From Candidatus Microgenomates bacterium (lineage in GTDB: Bacteria > Patescibacteriota > Microgenomatia > UBA8517 > JACQJR01), in contig JACQJR010000001.1 in the NCBI GenBank assembly GCA_016204995.1, forward strand, positions 539,034-603,033: a DNA stretch of 64,000 nucleotides. The letters are read 5' to 3'. Of the stretch, positions 43,088 to 53,359 are shown piece after piece. Below the pieces are notes generated by a model. The model saw only the letters and a list, made by a program, of their open reading frames with translations. It did no database searches and was not told where the DNA came from. A program made the translations under genes and the position numbers. Position 1 is the first letter of the stretch, and each line of letters begins with the position of its first letter.

Positions 43088-44875
43088 ATGGTTATGACTT
43101 TTCAGAAACTGGCTCTTTATTTAGAAAAGTTAGAACAAACTTCTTCCCGGCTGGCCTTAATTGATATCTTAGTTGATCTCTTCAAAGAAGTTAATTCACC
43201 CCAAGAAATAGCTTTAATTTCCTATTTGGCCCAAGGCCGAGTGGCCCCATTTTATGAACCGGTAGAAATTGGTATGAGTGAGAAACTAGTCGCCCAGGCG
43301 ATTGCCCGTGCTTATGAGATAGAGCGCGAAAAGGTGTTAGAGGAATACGGTAGAATAGGTGATTTGGGAAAAGTGGCAGAGAAACTCAAATCTCAAAACT
43401 CAAATCTCAAAACCATAACTCATAACAAAGCAAAGCTTGGCCCTTCGGGCGCAAAACTTTCAGTACAAGAAGTATTTAATTCTTTATTAGAAATTGCACG
43501 TGCTTCGGGTGCAGGCACGGTGGAAAAAAGAGTTTCAATTTTGTCTGATTTATTAAAAAAGATAGATGGTGTTTCAGCTAAACATTTAGTACGAATTCCC
43601 TTAGGGACTTCGCGTTTGGGAGTAGGCGACCCCACTATTTTAGACGCTTTTGCCAAAGCCAAACTGGGAGATAAAAGCAAACGGAAATTATTGGAGGGAG
43701 CTTATAATCGGGTTTCTGATTTAGGCTTAATTGGCCAAACTTTGTGGAAGGGGGGACTATCGGCAGTAGAAAGATTAAAAGTAACAGTCGGTCGGCCAAT
43801 TCGTTCCGAGCTGGCCGAGCGTTTGCCCACGGCCGAGAAAATCGTAGAAAAACTCGGTACAGTTAATGCCCAGCGCAAAATCGATGGATTTAGGGTACAA
43901 ATTCACAAAGACGGAGACAAGGTTAGGCTTTTTTCCCGCAATTTAGAAGAGACAACCCCCATGTTTCCGGAAATTGTCCAAGCAGCTAAAGTCCAAATTA
44001 AAGCCAGGACTGCTATTTTAGATGCTGAAGCTATTGGCTATAACCCGAGTTCGGGTGAATTTTTGCCTTTTCAGGAAACTACCCAGCGCCGCCGTAAATA
44101 TCATATCGCGGAAATGGCCCAAAAAATTCCTCTAAAAGCTTTTATTTTTGACATCCTTTATAAAAATGGCCAGTCGTTAATTGATCAGCCCTTAACTGAC
44201 AGACTTCAGGTTTTAAAGAAGACGGTTTCGGCGGGCAATACCCTGGTAATAGAAGAGGGGGTAGAGGTGCGCGATAAAGATAAATTGCAGCTACTCATGG
44301 ATCAGTCCATTACCGATGGCTTAGAAGGACTCGTGGTCAAGCGGCCTGATTCCAAATACGAAGCCGGTGCCCGTAATTTCAATTGGGTCAAATTAAAACG
44401 GCATTCTGACGGCGAGCTGAAAGATACCATTGATTGTGTCATTCTAGGCTACATTTTCGGCCGGGGCAAAAGAGCTGAATTTGGGGCAGGGGCACTTTTA
44501 GTAGGGCTTTATGATAATAAAAAAGATGAATTCGTGACAGTGTCTAAAATTGGGACCGGTTTGACAGATGAAGAATGGCGGGAAATCCACCGGCGGGCGG
44601 ATAGGATTAAAGTAGACCAAAAGCCAGCCCGAGTCAGGGCGATTTTGACTCCTTCGGTGTGGATCAAGCCCCAGATTGTCATTGAGGTGTTGGCTGATGA
44701 GATTACTCGTTCTCCCATTCATACTGCCGGTAAAAATGATTCAGAGCCAGGCTATGCTTTGCGTTTTCCCAGGTTAGTAAAGTTCCGCGAAGCCGATAAA
44801 AAGGCCGAGGACGCCACGACTGTCAAAGAATTAATTGAGATGTACAAGCAGCAAGGCCACGTTCATGTAAGCTGA
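43088..44875 (+). CDS. lig: ATP-dependent DNA ligase (Lig I/archaeal-eukaryal type)
   Basis: adenylation motif KIDGFR (KxDG), motifs III-VI, OB domain; ORF-track start 43040; contains an in-frame ctcaaatctcaaaactcaaatctcaaaa repeat. Confidence 0.8.
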   Translation: MVMTFQKLALYLEKLEQTSSRLALIDILVDLFKEVNSPQEIALISYLAQGRVAPFYEPVEIGMSEKLVAQAIARAYEIEREKVLEEYGRIGDLGKVAEKLKSQNSNLKTITHNKAKLGPSGAKLSVQEVFNSLLEIARASGAGTVEKRVSILSDLLKKIDGVSAKHLVRIPLGTSRLGVGDPTILDAFAKAKLGDKSKRKLLEGAYNRVSDLGLIGQTLWKGGLSAVERLKVTVGRPIRSELAERLPTAEKIVEKLGTVNAQRKIDGFRVQIHKDGDKVRLFSRNLEETTPMFPEIVQAAKVQIKARTAILDAEAIGYNPSSGEFLPFQETTQRRRKYHIAEMAQKIPLKAFIFDILYKNGQSLIDQPLTDRLQVLKKTVSAGNTLVIEEGVEVRDKDKLQLLMDQSITDGLEGLVVKRPDSKYEAGARNFNWVKLKRHSDGELKDTIDCVILGYIFGRGKRAEFGAGALLVGLYDNKKDEFVTVSKIGTGLTDEEWREIHRRADRIKVDQKPARVRAILTPSVWIKPQIVIEVLADEITRSPIHTAGKNDSEPGYALRFPRLVKFREADKKAEDATTVKELIEMYKQQGHVHVS

Positions 44876-44877
44876 AC

Positions 44878-45861
44878 GTGGCAAGGCAAAAAACAATGAC
44901 TATTTTGATTGTTATTTTACTTTTTCTCTTTCTCGCTTTGCTTTTATATGGAGCCAGTTTAACAGTTGGGGGATTGCGTAAATTGACTGCCACTACCCAT
45001 GCCGGCGTTTTTGCTATCTCGGCAGTCCTTTTGGGTTTAGCTACCTCTTTCCCCGAACTGTCAGTAGCTATTAAATCCGGTTTGTCTGGTAATTCTGCTC
45101 TTTCCTTGGGCAATATTTTAGGAGCCAATATTGCTAATTTAACTTTGGTAGCAGGCAGCGCAGCCTTAATCGCCGGCAAAATTAAAGTGGAGGGTTCATC
45201 TATGATTCGTGAAATTATTGCTACCTTTTTAGCTGGTCTAGCTCCCTTACTTTTTTTACTTGATGGTCAGATTTCCGGTTTAGAAGGAATAATATTGATA
45301 GCATTTTGGGTTGGTTATGTCTTGCACTTTTTTCATTTCCGTTTTGCTAGACATGCCCAAGTTGTGCAGGAAGAGAAAAAATGGCATCGCTTTATCCATC
45401 AGAAAAATTTGCGGCAGATGGAGGGAGAAGTAATTCATTTACTAATTGGTATAGCCTTGATGGTGGCGGCTGCAGAAGTGGTAGTTAGGTTGGCCATATT
45501 TTTATCAACCAGCCTGGGAATTTCTTTATTTGTAATTGGAGTAATCATATTGGCCATCGGTACTACTTTATCCGAGCTGATTTTTTCCTTTAGATCAATT
45601 TTGGCCGGTGAATCTAAAATGCTTTTAGGGAATATCATGGGGGCAATCGTAGCTAATTCTACTTTGGTGGTGGGGGTAGCAGCCTTATTTTCTCCCATAG
45701 TTACGCCTTTTGCCACCAGCCTCATGATTGGTTTAATTTTTATCTTAGCTTATTTACTTTTTTGGTATTTTATTGGCGCCACGCATGAAATTAACCGCTT
45801 TGAAGGGGGAGTTTTGCTGCTTCTTTATTTGATTTTTATCTTAGTGGTAGTGGTCAGGTGA
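44878..45861 (+). CDS. Ca2+/cation antiporter (CaCA/YrbG family)
   Basis: two alpha-repeats GNILGANIANLTLVAGSAAL and GNIMGAIVANSTLVVGVAAL. Confidence 0.75.
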   Translation: MARQKTMTILIVILLFLFLALLLYGASLTVGGLRKLTATTHAGVFAISAVLLGLATSFPELSVAIKSGLSGNSALSLGNILGANIANLTLVAGSAALIAGKIKVEGSSMIREIIATFLAGLAPLLFLLDGQISGLEGIILIAFWVGYVLHFFHFRFARHAQVVQEEKKWHRFIHQKNLRQMEGEVIHLLIGIALMVAAAEVVVRLAIFLSTSLGISLFVIGVIILAIGTTLSELIFSFRSILAGESKMLLGNIMGAIVANSTLVVGVAALFSPIVTPFATSLMIGLIFILAYLLFWYFIGATHEINRFEGGVLLLLYLIFILVVVVR

Positions 45862-45996
45862 GTGGTTTTCATCTGATACAATACCTTTATGTCCACCTTA
45901 TTTTCGCACTCGGCTTTATAATTCTACTGCGAAGCAGTAAGCTTTGCTTATTCGAATACGCCTCGTGCCAAAATTATTGGCGGATAAGCAGATTTT

Positions 45997-47406
45997 ATGA
46001 AAGTTTTAGCTGATTTGCATTCTCATTCCAGATTTTCCCGAGCAGTTTCCCAACAAATGACCTTGCCGGTAATGGCCGAGTGGTCGCGGCGTAAGGGGAT
46101 AGATCTAGTGACGACAGCTGACTGGACCCATCCGTTGTGGTTAAAAGAGCTCCAGAGCGGCCTAGAAGAAGCGACAGAAGGTCTATATAAGTTAAAGGGT
46201 GGCCAGCCATCACCTTTGTTCCTTCTGTCTACAGAAGTGGCGGCGATTTATTCTCAAGGAGGTAAACAGCGGAGAATTCACTTATTGATTTTTGCGCCAA
46301 ATTTTGCGGCGGCTACCAAAATCAATGCCGCCTTAACCCGTTTAAGAATGAACTTATTTTCCGATGGACGGCCAATTTTAGGCATGAGCGCCCGCGATAT
46401 TACCAGGCTCGTGATGGAAACAGATGGGCGAAGCCTGGTGATTCCGGCTCATGTCTGGACTCCCTGGTTTTCTTTGTATGGCTCCATGTCCGGTTTTGAT
46501 TCTATTGAGGAATGTTTTGGTGATATGGCTAAATTTATTTATGGCATTGAAACAGGGCTATCTTCTGATCCGGCCATGAATTGGCGGGTTCAGGATCTGG
46601 ATAATAGGTCTATTTTATCTTTTTCCGATGCCCATAGCCCGGCCAAACTTTTGCGGGAAGCGACAGTTTTTGAGTTGGAAGAATTAAGTTATGGTAATAT
46701 TTACCAGGCTATTAGGCTCTCGGGCTCCTTGGCTCTTGGGCCGGAAGAAAAAAATCCTAATAGCCTAATGCCCCAACAGCCTAAGAGCCGTATTCTCTAT
46801 ACACTTGAATTCTATCCCGAAGAAGGAAAATATCATTACACCGGGCATAGAAATTGTGGGGTAAAACAAACACCGGAAGAAACTAAAAAAACGGGAGTAA
46901 TTTGTCCCAAATGTCACCGGCCGTTGACGGTAGGGGTGATGCAGCGCGTGCAGGATTTGGCCCGCGAATTTTCAAGCCCGCAGGGCCAAGCTCCGCTTAT
47001 GTCAAATGTCCAATTTCCAATGGATGAGTACGGAGTAAGATGGATGAAAAGTCAAGAATCTCGTCTGCCATATGTGATGATGGTGCCGCTTTTGGAGATA
47101 ATTTCCGAGGCCCTTAATTCAACAGTTTCCAGCCAAAAAGTGTTAAATGAATATAAAAAATTAACAGACGTGTGTGAAAATGAGAGCACAGTTTTACTCC
47201 GAACAAGGGGCGAAGAAATTGAAAGAGTATCAGGCCGAAAAATAAGCGAAGGAATTGAGAAAGTTAGACGGGGAGATATTTTTGTAGACCCGGGTTTTGA
47301 CGGAGAATTTGGCAAGGTAAAAATTTGGTCTGAAGGAGAGGATGGGGAAGAAAGTATAGAAAAAGTTGATAAGGTTGACCCAAAAGAACAGTTAGGACTG
47401 TTCTAG
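45997..47406 (+). CDS. PHP-domain protein with C-terminal zinc finger (endonuclease Q-like)
   Basis: DLHSHSRFSRA PHP start, later HVWTP and CPKCHRPL Cys cluster; EndoQ assignment is inference. Confidence 0.5.
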   Translation: MKVLADLHSHSRFSRAVSQQMTLPVMAEWSRRKGIDLVTTADWTHPLWLKELQSGLEEATEGLYKLKGGQPSPLFLLSTEVAAIYSQGGKQRRIHLLIFAPNFAAATKINAALTRLRMNLFSDGRPILGMSARDITRLVMETDGRSLVIPAHVWTPWFSLYGSMSGFDSIEECFGDMAKFIYGIETGLSSDPAMNWRVQDLDNRSILSFSDAHSPAKLLREATVFELEELSYGNIYQAIRLSGSLALGPEEKNPNSLMPQQPKSRILYTLEFYPEEGKYHYTGHRNCGVKQTPEETKKTGVICPKCHRPLTVGVMQRVQDLAREFSSPQGQAPLMSNVQFPMDEYGVRWMKSQESRLPYVMMVPLLEIISEALNSTVSSQKVLNEYKKLTDVCENESTVLLRTRGEEIERVSGRKISEGIEKVRRGDIFVDPGFDGEFGKVKIWSEGEDGEESIEKVDKVDPKEQLGLF

Positions 47407-47520
47407 GAAATTTCTAATTTTCAATTTCTAATTTCTAATGAATTTTCAATGATTAAATGTTTAAAACATTAAAAAATTAAAAATTGATTGAAAATTGTAG
47501 ATTAAAAATTAAACCTATGT
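47403..47520. repeat. AT-rich 'ttcta/tagaa' simple-repeat spacer
   Basis: gaaatttctaattttcaatttctaatttctaatgaattttcaatgatt...aaaattaaaaattgattgaaaattgtagattaaaaattaaa. Confidence 0.6.
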
Positions 47521-48140
47521 TTCAAAATCGTTATCAAGCCGGTCAATTATTAGGAGAGGAATTAAAGAAGAGAGGTTATGGTAAAAATTGTATTATCTTG
47601 GCTATTCCGAGAGGTGGAGTGGTGACAGGTAAAGCAGTGGCAGACATTTTAGGAGCTAAATTAGATGTGGTGGTGGTACGTAAACTGGGAGCGCCGCCGC
47701 AGCCCGAGCTAGCAGTTGGTGCTGTTGGACCTGGAGGAATTAGGGTTATTAATCAAAATTTGATTAATAGTTTTGGATTAGATAGCCAGGATTTAGAAAA
47801 TATGGTTAGTATTTTAGAGGAGGAAATTAAAGAGAGAGAAGAAAAATTTAGAAGCGGAAAACGACATTTGATCCTAAAAAATAAAATAGTAATTTTAGTG
47901 GATGACGGAATTGCCACTGGGGCCACCATAGAAGCAGCTCTGGAATATATTAAATCAAAAAAGCCTTTACAGGTGGTTTTGGCTGCGCCGGTGGCTTCAG
48001 CCGATACTTTGATGCACTTAGAGATGTTAGTAGATAGTTTAGTAGTATTAGAAAAGCCGGTAGAATTCGGATCAATGGGCCAGTTTTATGGTGAATTTCC
48101 CCAAGTGACAGACGAAGAAGTGGTACAATTATTGTTATGA
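47517..48140 (+). CDS. phosphoribosyltransferase-family protein
   Basis: ILVDDGIATGATIEAAL PRPP-binding motif; start at the Met at 47517. Confidence 0.65.
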   Translation: MFQNRYQAGQLLGEELKKRGYGKNCIILAIPRGGVVTGKAVADILGAKLDVVVVRKLGAPPQPELAVGAVGPGGIRVINQNLINSFGLDSQDLENMVSILEEEIKEREEKFRSGKRHLILKNKIVILVDDGIATGATIEAALEYIKSKKPLQVVLAAPVASADTLMHLEMLVDSLVVLEKPVEFGSMGQFYGEFPQVTDEEVVQLLL

Positions 48141-48613
48141 AATTAATTATCGGTTTAGGTAATCCAGGAGCAGAATATGCCAATACCCGACATAATGTAG
48201 GATATATGGTAGTTGATCAATTAAAAGTGCAAAGTGCAAAGTTCAAAGATATGACATTTGCTAAAACTAATGTTTTTATGAATGAGTCAGGTCAAGCAGT
48301 AAAAAGGATAATGCCAAATGCCAAATGCCAAATGCCAAATTTATACATAGTTCACGATGACTTAGACATCCCGCTGGGCCAATTTAAGATCCAGTTTGGT
48401 AAAGGTCCCAAAGACCATAAAGGTATTCAATCTATTGAAGAAGCGCTCAAAACAGATCAATTTTGGCGAGTAAGGGTAGGGGTGGACAACCGTGATCCCA
48501 AATCTAGGATTCCAGGTGAAGAATATGTGCTGCAGGAATTTAATAGTCAGGAGCAGGAAGTTTTGACTGGCGTCATCTCCAAAGTTACCCAAGAGCTTGC
48601 TAAATTACCATGA
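48137..48613 (+). CDS. pth: peptidyl-tRNA hydrolase
   Basis: MKLIIGLGNPGAEYANTRHNVG with catalytic His; contains in-frame tandem repeats at 48224-48248 and 48311-48340. Confidence 0.8.
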   Translation: MKLIIGLGNPGAEYANTRHNVGYMVVDQLKVQSAKFKDMTFAKTNVFMNESGQAVKRIMPNAKCQMPNLYIVHDDLDIPLGQFKIQFGKGPKDHKGIQSIEEALKTDQFWRVRVGVDNRDPKSRIPGEEYVLQEFNSQEQEVLTGVISKVTQELAKLP

Positions 48614-48915
48614 GTCATTTTGATAATGTTGGTAGCATTTTGAAACGTTTTAATCCACTCTCGGACAAATATATTTCGCGGGAATTCCAAAAGTATGGTT
48701 ATGATTTGGCGCTGGAGTTCGCAGATGAAGATCATAAATCCTTATATATCAAGCTGGCCAAAGAATTACCCCGGGCTCTTTTGGAAGAAGCGCGTTATTT
48801 TGTTAAAGAAGCCAAAGCCGATTCTAAGCCTAAACTATTTATGTGGAAATTAAAGCAACTCAAAACTCAAATGTTAAATGTCAAATCCGAAGCTCAAAAT
48901 CTAAAATCCAGATAG
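48610..48915 (+). CDS. hypothetical protein
   Basis: 101 aa; C-terminal codons overlap a 'tagaa'-family repeat. Confidence 0.3.
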   Translation: MSHFDNVGSILKRFNPLSDKYISREFQKYGYDLALEFADEDHKSLYIKLAKELPRALLEEARYFVKEAKADSKPKLFMWKLKQLKTQMLNVKSEAQNLKSR

Positions 48916-48989
48916 TTTTTAGATTTAAGTTATAGTTTTGAGCTTTGCACCCGAGGGGTCAAGCTTCGCTTCGTTCTAAGTTTTGAATT

Positions 48990-49961
48990 ATGTTAAACGG
49001 TAATTGGGTAGATTTAATAATTTTAGTCATCCTGGCCTTTTATATTTTGGAGGGCCTGGAGAGAGGATTTTGGGTGCTGGTAGCAGAACTGGCGGGATTT
49101 TTAGGGTCTATTGCGGCGGCTTTACGTTTCTATCCACTGGTTGCTAAGCTACTGATTGATAATTTCAATTTGCCCCATTCTTTGGCTAATGCCTTAGGTT
49201 TTCTGGCGGCGGCAGTTGCCAGTGAGATGGCGATTTCTTATCTAATTGTCAAAATAATTTGGCCGCGGATTCCCAGACGTTTTTTAGAAACTCCTATTCA
49301 AAAATTTCTAGGCATTATTCCATCACTTTTTAATGGTTTGATACTGATCGCTTTTTTCTTAACACTCTTTTTAGCTTTGCCTCTTAACCCGCAAATTAAA
49401 GCTGATATCAATAATTCCAAAGTTGGCGGCTATTTAGTTGATCGGACAGTTGGCTTGGAAAGAAAGCTGGCTGACATTTTTGGTGGTGCTATTCGTGATA
49501 GTTTGACATATTTTACTGTAGAGCCGAAATCTAATGAAAGGGTTAGTTTAACAAACCTGACGCCTGCTAAATTAACTATAGATACACAGGCAGAAACACA
49601 ACTGTTTGCCTTAGTGAATAAAGAGAGGCGGGATCGGGGGATAGCAGAGTTGGTCTGGGATCCCCAAATTGTGGAAGTGGCCCGAAAACACTCTCGCGAT
49701 ATGTGGGAGCGGCATTATTTTGCCCATGTTGATCCGGATGGTAAAGATCCGGGAGATAGACTGAAAGCAGGGGGCATATCTTTTACCTTAGCCGGAGAGA
49801 ATCTGGCTTTGGCTCCGACTACTCAAATGGCCCATCAAGGCTTAATGAATAGTGAAGGCCACCGTCGTAATATTTTAGATCCGGATTTTAAGAAAATTGG
49901 TATTGGAGTTATTGATGGAGGAGTATATGGAAAAATGTTTACACAGAATTTTACGGATTGA
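48990..49961 (+). CDS. CvpA-like membrane domain fused to a CAP/SCP (PR-1-like) domain
   Basis: N-terminal 4-TM CvpA-like region; C-terminal HYFAHVDPDG...GENLA...GHRRNIL CAP signature motifs. Confidence 0.55.
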   Translation: MLNGNWVDLIILVILAFYILEGLERGFWVLVAELAGFLGSIAAALRFYPLVAKLLIDNFNLPHSLANALGFLAAAVASEMAISYLIVKIIWPRIPRRFLETPIQKFLGIIPSLFNGLILIAFFLTLFLALPLNPQIKADINNSKVGGYLVDRTVGLERKLADIFGGAIRDSLTYFTVEPKSNERVSLTNLTPAKLTIDTQAETQLFALVNKERRDRGIAELVWDPQIVEVARKHSRDMWERHYFAHVDPDGKDPGDRLKAGGISFTLAGENLALAPTTQMAHQGLMNSEGHRRNILDPDFKKIGIGVIDGGVYGKMFTQNFTD

Positions 49962-50382
49962 TATATTCCTGATATTCTCCTGATTCAATTCTGCTCAAAA
50001 CACTTTTAATTAACTCGTAATCGCCTGATTCTAAAGCTATTTTTTCCTTGTCAAAAACTCCTGTAATAAGTTTTCTGGCTTGACCGGTTGATGTAAAGAA
50101 ATAACCAACATTTCCAGATGCTGTCTCTTCGTCAAATTTTATGTTAACTATCTCACCCTCAAGTTCAGGTAGAAATAATTTAAATGTTGCGTTAGAGGGG
50201 CAATCTTTTCCATTCACACTAAGCAATATAAATCTATAATCTGTGTTGGAAGCAGAAGTAAAAAAATCCTTTCTTTGCTGGGTGAAAGGATAAAACTCTT
50301 TATTTCCCACCACGATTCTTTTTATCTGATTTGCTATTTCACTATTCAACATCCTTAAACTTTCTTCCTCTTGTTTTTCCAT
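49951..50382 (-). CDS. hypothetical protein
   Basis: 143-aa ORF, no recognisable motif. Confidence 0.3.
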   Translation of the reverse strand: MEKQEEESLRMLNSEIANQIKRIVVGNKEFYPFTQQRKDFFTSASNTDYRFILLSVNGKDCPSNATFKLFLPELEGEIVNIKFDEETASGNVGYFFTSTGQARKLITGVFDKEKIALESGDYELIKSVLSRIESGEYQEYINP

Positions 50383-50439
50383 AACTATGATATTATATCA
50401 TAAATGAGGCTAAAAATATTTTTAATTGCGGTTGGTTTT

Positions 50440-50730
50440 ATGAAACTCCAGAAAGATATCTATCGCTTAATTAAGAAAATTCCCCGGGGCAAAGTAACTA
50501 CTTATGGAACTATTGCCAGAGAACTAAAAATTTCTGCCAGAAGTGTGGGGCAAATTTTACACCGCAATCCAGATCCGGCACATATTCCCTGTCATAGAGT
50601 AGTAGACAGAAATGGTCGTTTAGCCGAAAATTTCGCTTTCGGCGGGGCCAGGGAACAGTACAGACTATTATTTAATGAAGGCGTGAAGTTTAAGGATTTC
50701 TTGCATGTTGATTTAGAAAAATATCTGTAA
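50440..50730 (+). CDS. methylated-DNA-protein-cysteine methyltransferase, DNA-binding/catalytic domain only (Ogt-like)
   Basis: TYGTIA...IPCHRVV with the acceptor Cys in PCHR; ORF-track start 50404. Confidence 0.65.
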   Translation: MKLQKDIYRLIKKIPRGKVTTYGTIARELKISARSVGQILHRNPDPAHIPCHRVVDRNGRLAENFAFGGAREQYRLLFNEGVKFKDFLHVDLEKYL

Positions 50731-50775
50731 GCAAAGCTTGTAAAGCCGTGGGCTTTATAGTACAGTTTAGAAGGC

Positions 50776-51513
50776 ATGCGAAAAATTAAGAAGTGGATTT
50801 TGTGGGGTGGGGTGGGGGTAGTAATAATAGCCGGACTGTGGTGGTTAGCTCGCGAGGCGACTAAACCAGTGCCGGGCGAGACTTTGGGAGAAAAAGTGGC
50901 CGATATGGGAGCAAATCATGTTACCGATATTTCTGGGGTGACTTATAATTCCGATCCTCCCACCTCCGGACCTCATTTTGGTATCTGGGCCAAGAAGGGA
51001 GTTTATGATCGGGTCATTTCCGATGGACATTTGATTCATTCCCTAGAACATGGTTATGTAGCTGTTTCCTATAACTGCGACAAACTAGTGCCTAGTGCCT
51101 ACTCCGAAGGAGCAAGCTTTGCTTACTATCTAGTGCCTTCTGTATTGGCCCATGAGAGTGATGAACCGCATGAGGAAGCAACTGTTTCTGGTACTGCCAC
51201 CGATAGTGCTCGTCCTTTAACTAGAATGAACACCAGCGGCATGAGTTTTTTTACGCCCAGTAATCCACCAGCCAGCGAGGTGACTCTTTCAGAAAATTTC
51301 CAAAGCGAGGGGTGTAAAAAGCTGGTCAATGATCTTTGGGAGACTGTTAAAGGTTGGCAGAGAGTCATTGTGGTGCCGCGACCAAATATGGATAGCCCAA
51401 TTACGCTAACTGCTTGGACCAGAATTTTGAAATTGGATTCATACGACAGCCAAAAAATTAAAGAATTTGTGGAAGCTTTTCATAATCGGGGACCGGAAAA
51501 AACAACAGAGTAA
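50776..51513 (+). CDS. DUF3105-domain protein with N-terminal membrane anchor
   Basis: HSLEHGYV and PTSGPHF motifs typical of DUF3105. Confidence 0.45.
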   Translation: MRKIKKWILWGGVGVVIIAGLWWLAREATKPVPGETLGEKVADMGANHVTDISGVTYNSDPPTSGPHFGIWAKKGVYDRVISDGHLIHSLEHGYVAVSYNCDKLVPSAYSEGASFAYYLVPSVLAHESDEPHEEATVSGTATDSARPLTRMNTSGMSFFTPSNPPASEVTLSENFQSEGCKKLVNDLWETVKGWQRVIVVPRPNMDSPITLTAWTRILKLDSYDSQKIKEFVEAFHNRGPEKTTE

Positions 51514-51521
51514 ACTATTTA

Positions 51522-52715
51522 TTGAAGATGAAAATATCCTTATTTTTAATTTTTAGCGGCCTAATCTGGTTGGGATTCTGGCTGGGCTTAAACGTAGGTA
51601 AAATCTCCAGTTTTGTGCGGAGCCCGCGACTGCCGGCTATTTATTTGCCAAGTGCAGGCGAGAATATGACACCTAAACAGCTGCAAGAAGCCCTATCCAA
51701 CAAAAATTTTACTTTCATTAATGTCCACACTCCTTATGAAGGGGAGATAGCAAAGACAGATTTGTTTATTAACTTTGACGAAATGCAGGCCAATGAAAAA
51801 CTCTTGCCCCAAGATAAAAATACTGCCATTGTCCTTTATTGCAAAACCGGCAATATGAGCGGTCAGGCTCTCTCCACCTTAAAGAAAATGGGCTACACCA
51901 ATGTTCGTCATTTAGCAGGCGGTATGGATTCTTGGCAAAAGAATGGTCAAGCTGTCTTGGATTTGTCCAAACTGACAGAGCAAGTGTTACCCAAAGATGG
52001 AGTGACTTTGCCGGTTAACTGGGGTGGGCTTGGTCCCAAGCTGGTCGCGGCCGGAGTAATTGATCTGGACAAATTTACCAAAGCTACGAAGTTAACTGAC
52101 GAGCAGAAAAAGATTTTGAGCCAAGGGGGAGAGATGCCGATTAAGATTGATAATAGTAATAGCCATTTCGTCGTTAATGTGCTTTGGGCCTTGGGGCTGG
52201 CCCAAAAAAGCCTAGTTTACGATGAAGGGCCGTTGGGCAAGGAATACAAAAATAAAGCCGGCAACTTTGCTTCTACCGGCGGCTGGACTTTAGCTAAAGG
52301 AACGGCCACAAATTATCTGAATAAATTTGATTTAATTCCTTTAACTGGCGATCAGCAAAAGAAAGTAGGTGAGATTGCCAAAAATATCTACCGTCCTTGT
52401 TGCGGCAACCCTACCTGGTTTCCGGATTGCAATCATGGCATGGCAGCTTTGGCGGTGATTGAGCTATTAGTGTCTCAAAACCTCTCGGAATCAGAAATTT
52501 ATAAATATATCTTGGGTTTTAATTCCTTCTGGTTTCCTGATAATTATTTAACCGCCGCTACTTACTTTGCCCGTCAGGGAACTAAATGGGATCAAGTTGA
52601 TGCTAAAAGAGTCTTGTCGGCCGAATTTTCTTCGGCCAAAGGAGCTTCCGAAGTTGCCAAAAAAGTCGGGCCGCTGCCTTATGCTAATATCAGCGGCGGC
52701 AGTTGTGGTGCCTAA
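51522..52715 (+). CDS. rhodanese-domain protein with uncharacterised C-terminal domain
   Basis: N-terminal signal/TM; rhodanese active-site loop YCKTGNMSG; C-terminal ~230 aa unassigned, with a CCGNPTWFPDCNHG cluster. Confidence 0.5.
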   Translation: MKMKISLFLIFSGLIWLGFWLGLNVGKISSFVRSPRLPAIYLPSAGENMTPKQLQEALSNKNFTFINVHTPYEGEIAKTDLFINFDEMQANEKLLPQDKNTAIVLYCKTGNMSGQALSTLKKMGYTNVRHLAGGMDSWQKNGQAVLDLSKLTEQVLPKDGVTLPVNWGGLGPKLVAAGVIDLDKFTKATKLTDEQKKILSQGGEMPIKIDNSNSHFVVNVLWALGLAQKSLVYDEGPLGKEYKNKAGNFASTGGWTLAKGTATNYLNKFDLIPLTGDQQKKVGEIAKNIYRPCCGNPTWFPDCNHGMAALAVIELLVSQNLSESEIYKYILGFNSFWFPDNYLTAATYFARQGTKWDQVDAKRVLSAEFSSAKGASEVAKKVGPLPYANISGGSCGA

Positions 52716-53356
52716 TACAAAAGTTTATCTACTTCAACTGTCAGCTCTTGATTTCTGATTGCCATGGCCGGGTCGTCTTTAATGAACTTGACAATTCCTT
52801 CTTTGTCAATTAAGACGTAGCTATGTCCGGGAAATTGACCTTTGTGCATTGAAGAGGGAAGGGTTAAGACTCCATATTTTTGGGAAATTTCCCGTCCGCT
52901 ATCAAAAAGCACGGTGGCCAAAGCCAACTCGGGCATTTTGTTTACCGCCGCTTTCCAATCATTTTTAGGATCAACTGTAATATTTAAAATTACTGCTTTA
53001 CTATTTAATGTCGTATCTTTACTAAAGGCGGTAATTTGATTCCAACAAGACGGATAACACATTAATCCTTCGTTAAAAAAAAGAATGACGTTTTTACCTT
53101 TTAACTGGCTCAAAGAGATTTTTTTACTATCATAAGTTTCCAGAGTGAAGCCGGGCGCTGTTTTGCCCACTAAACCGTTAAAAATGGTAGCATCCACCGC
53201 TGCGCCACTTCCATGATGATCGGCTGTAGAAACTGTAGAATTAGCCTGGGTGTTAGTAGTGGCAGTTTTGTCTTTGGTAGTAAGGTTAATAAAAAATACA
53301 ATCAGTGTTAAAATTATGCCGTTGACGGTAATGACAATAAATATATTTTTAGCCAT
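52712..53356 (-). CDS. thioredoxin-fold thiol-disulfide oxidoreductase (redoxin/TlpA-like), membrane anchored
   Basis: VILFFNEGLMCYPSC Cys pair in thioredoxin-fold context; N-terminal TM. Confidence 0.5.
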   Translation of the reverse strand: MAKNIFIVITVNGIILTLIVFFINLTTKDKTATTNTQANSTVSTADHHGSGAAVDATIFNGLVGKTAPGFTLETYDSKKISLSQLKGKNVILFFNEGLMCYPSCWNQITAFSKDTTLNSKAVILNITVDPKNDWKAAVNKMPELALATVLFDSGREISQKYGVLTLPSSMHKGQFPGHSYVLIDKEGIVKFIKDDPAMAIRNQELTVEVDKLLY

Positions 53357-53359
53357 TTT

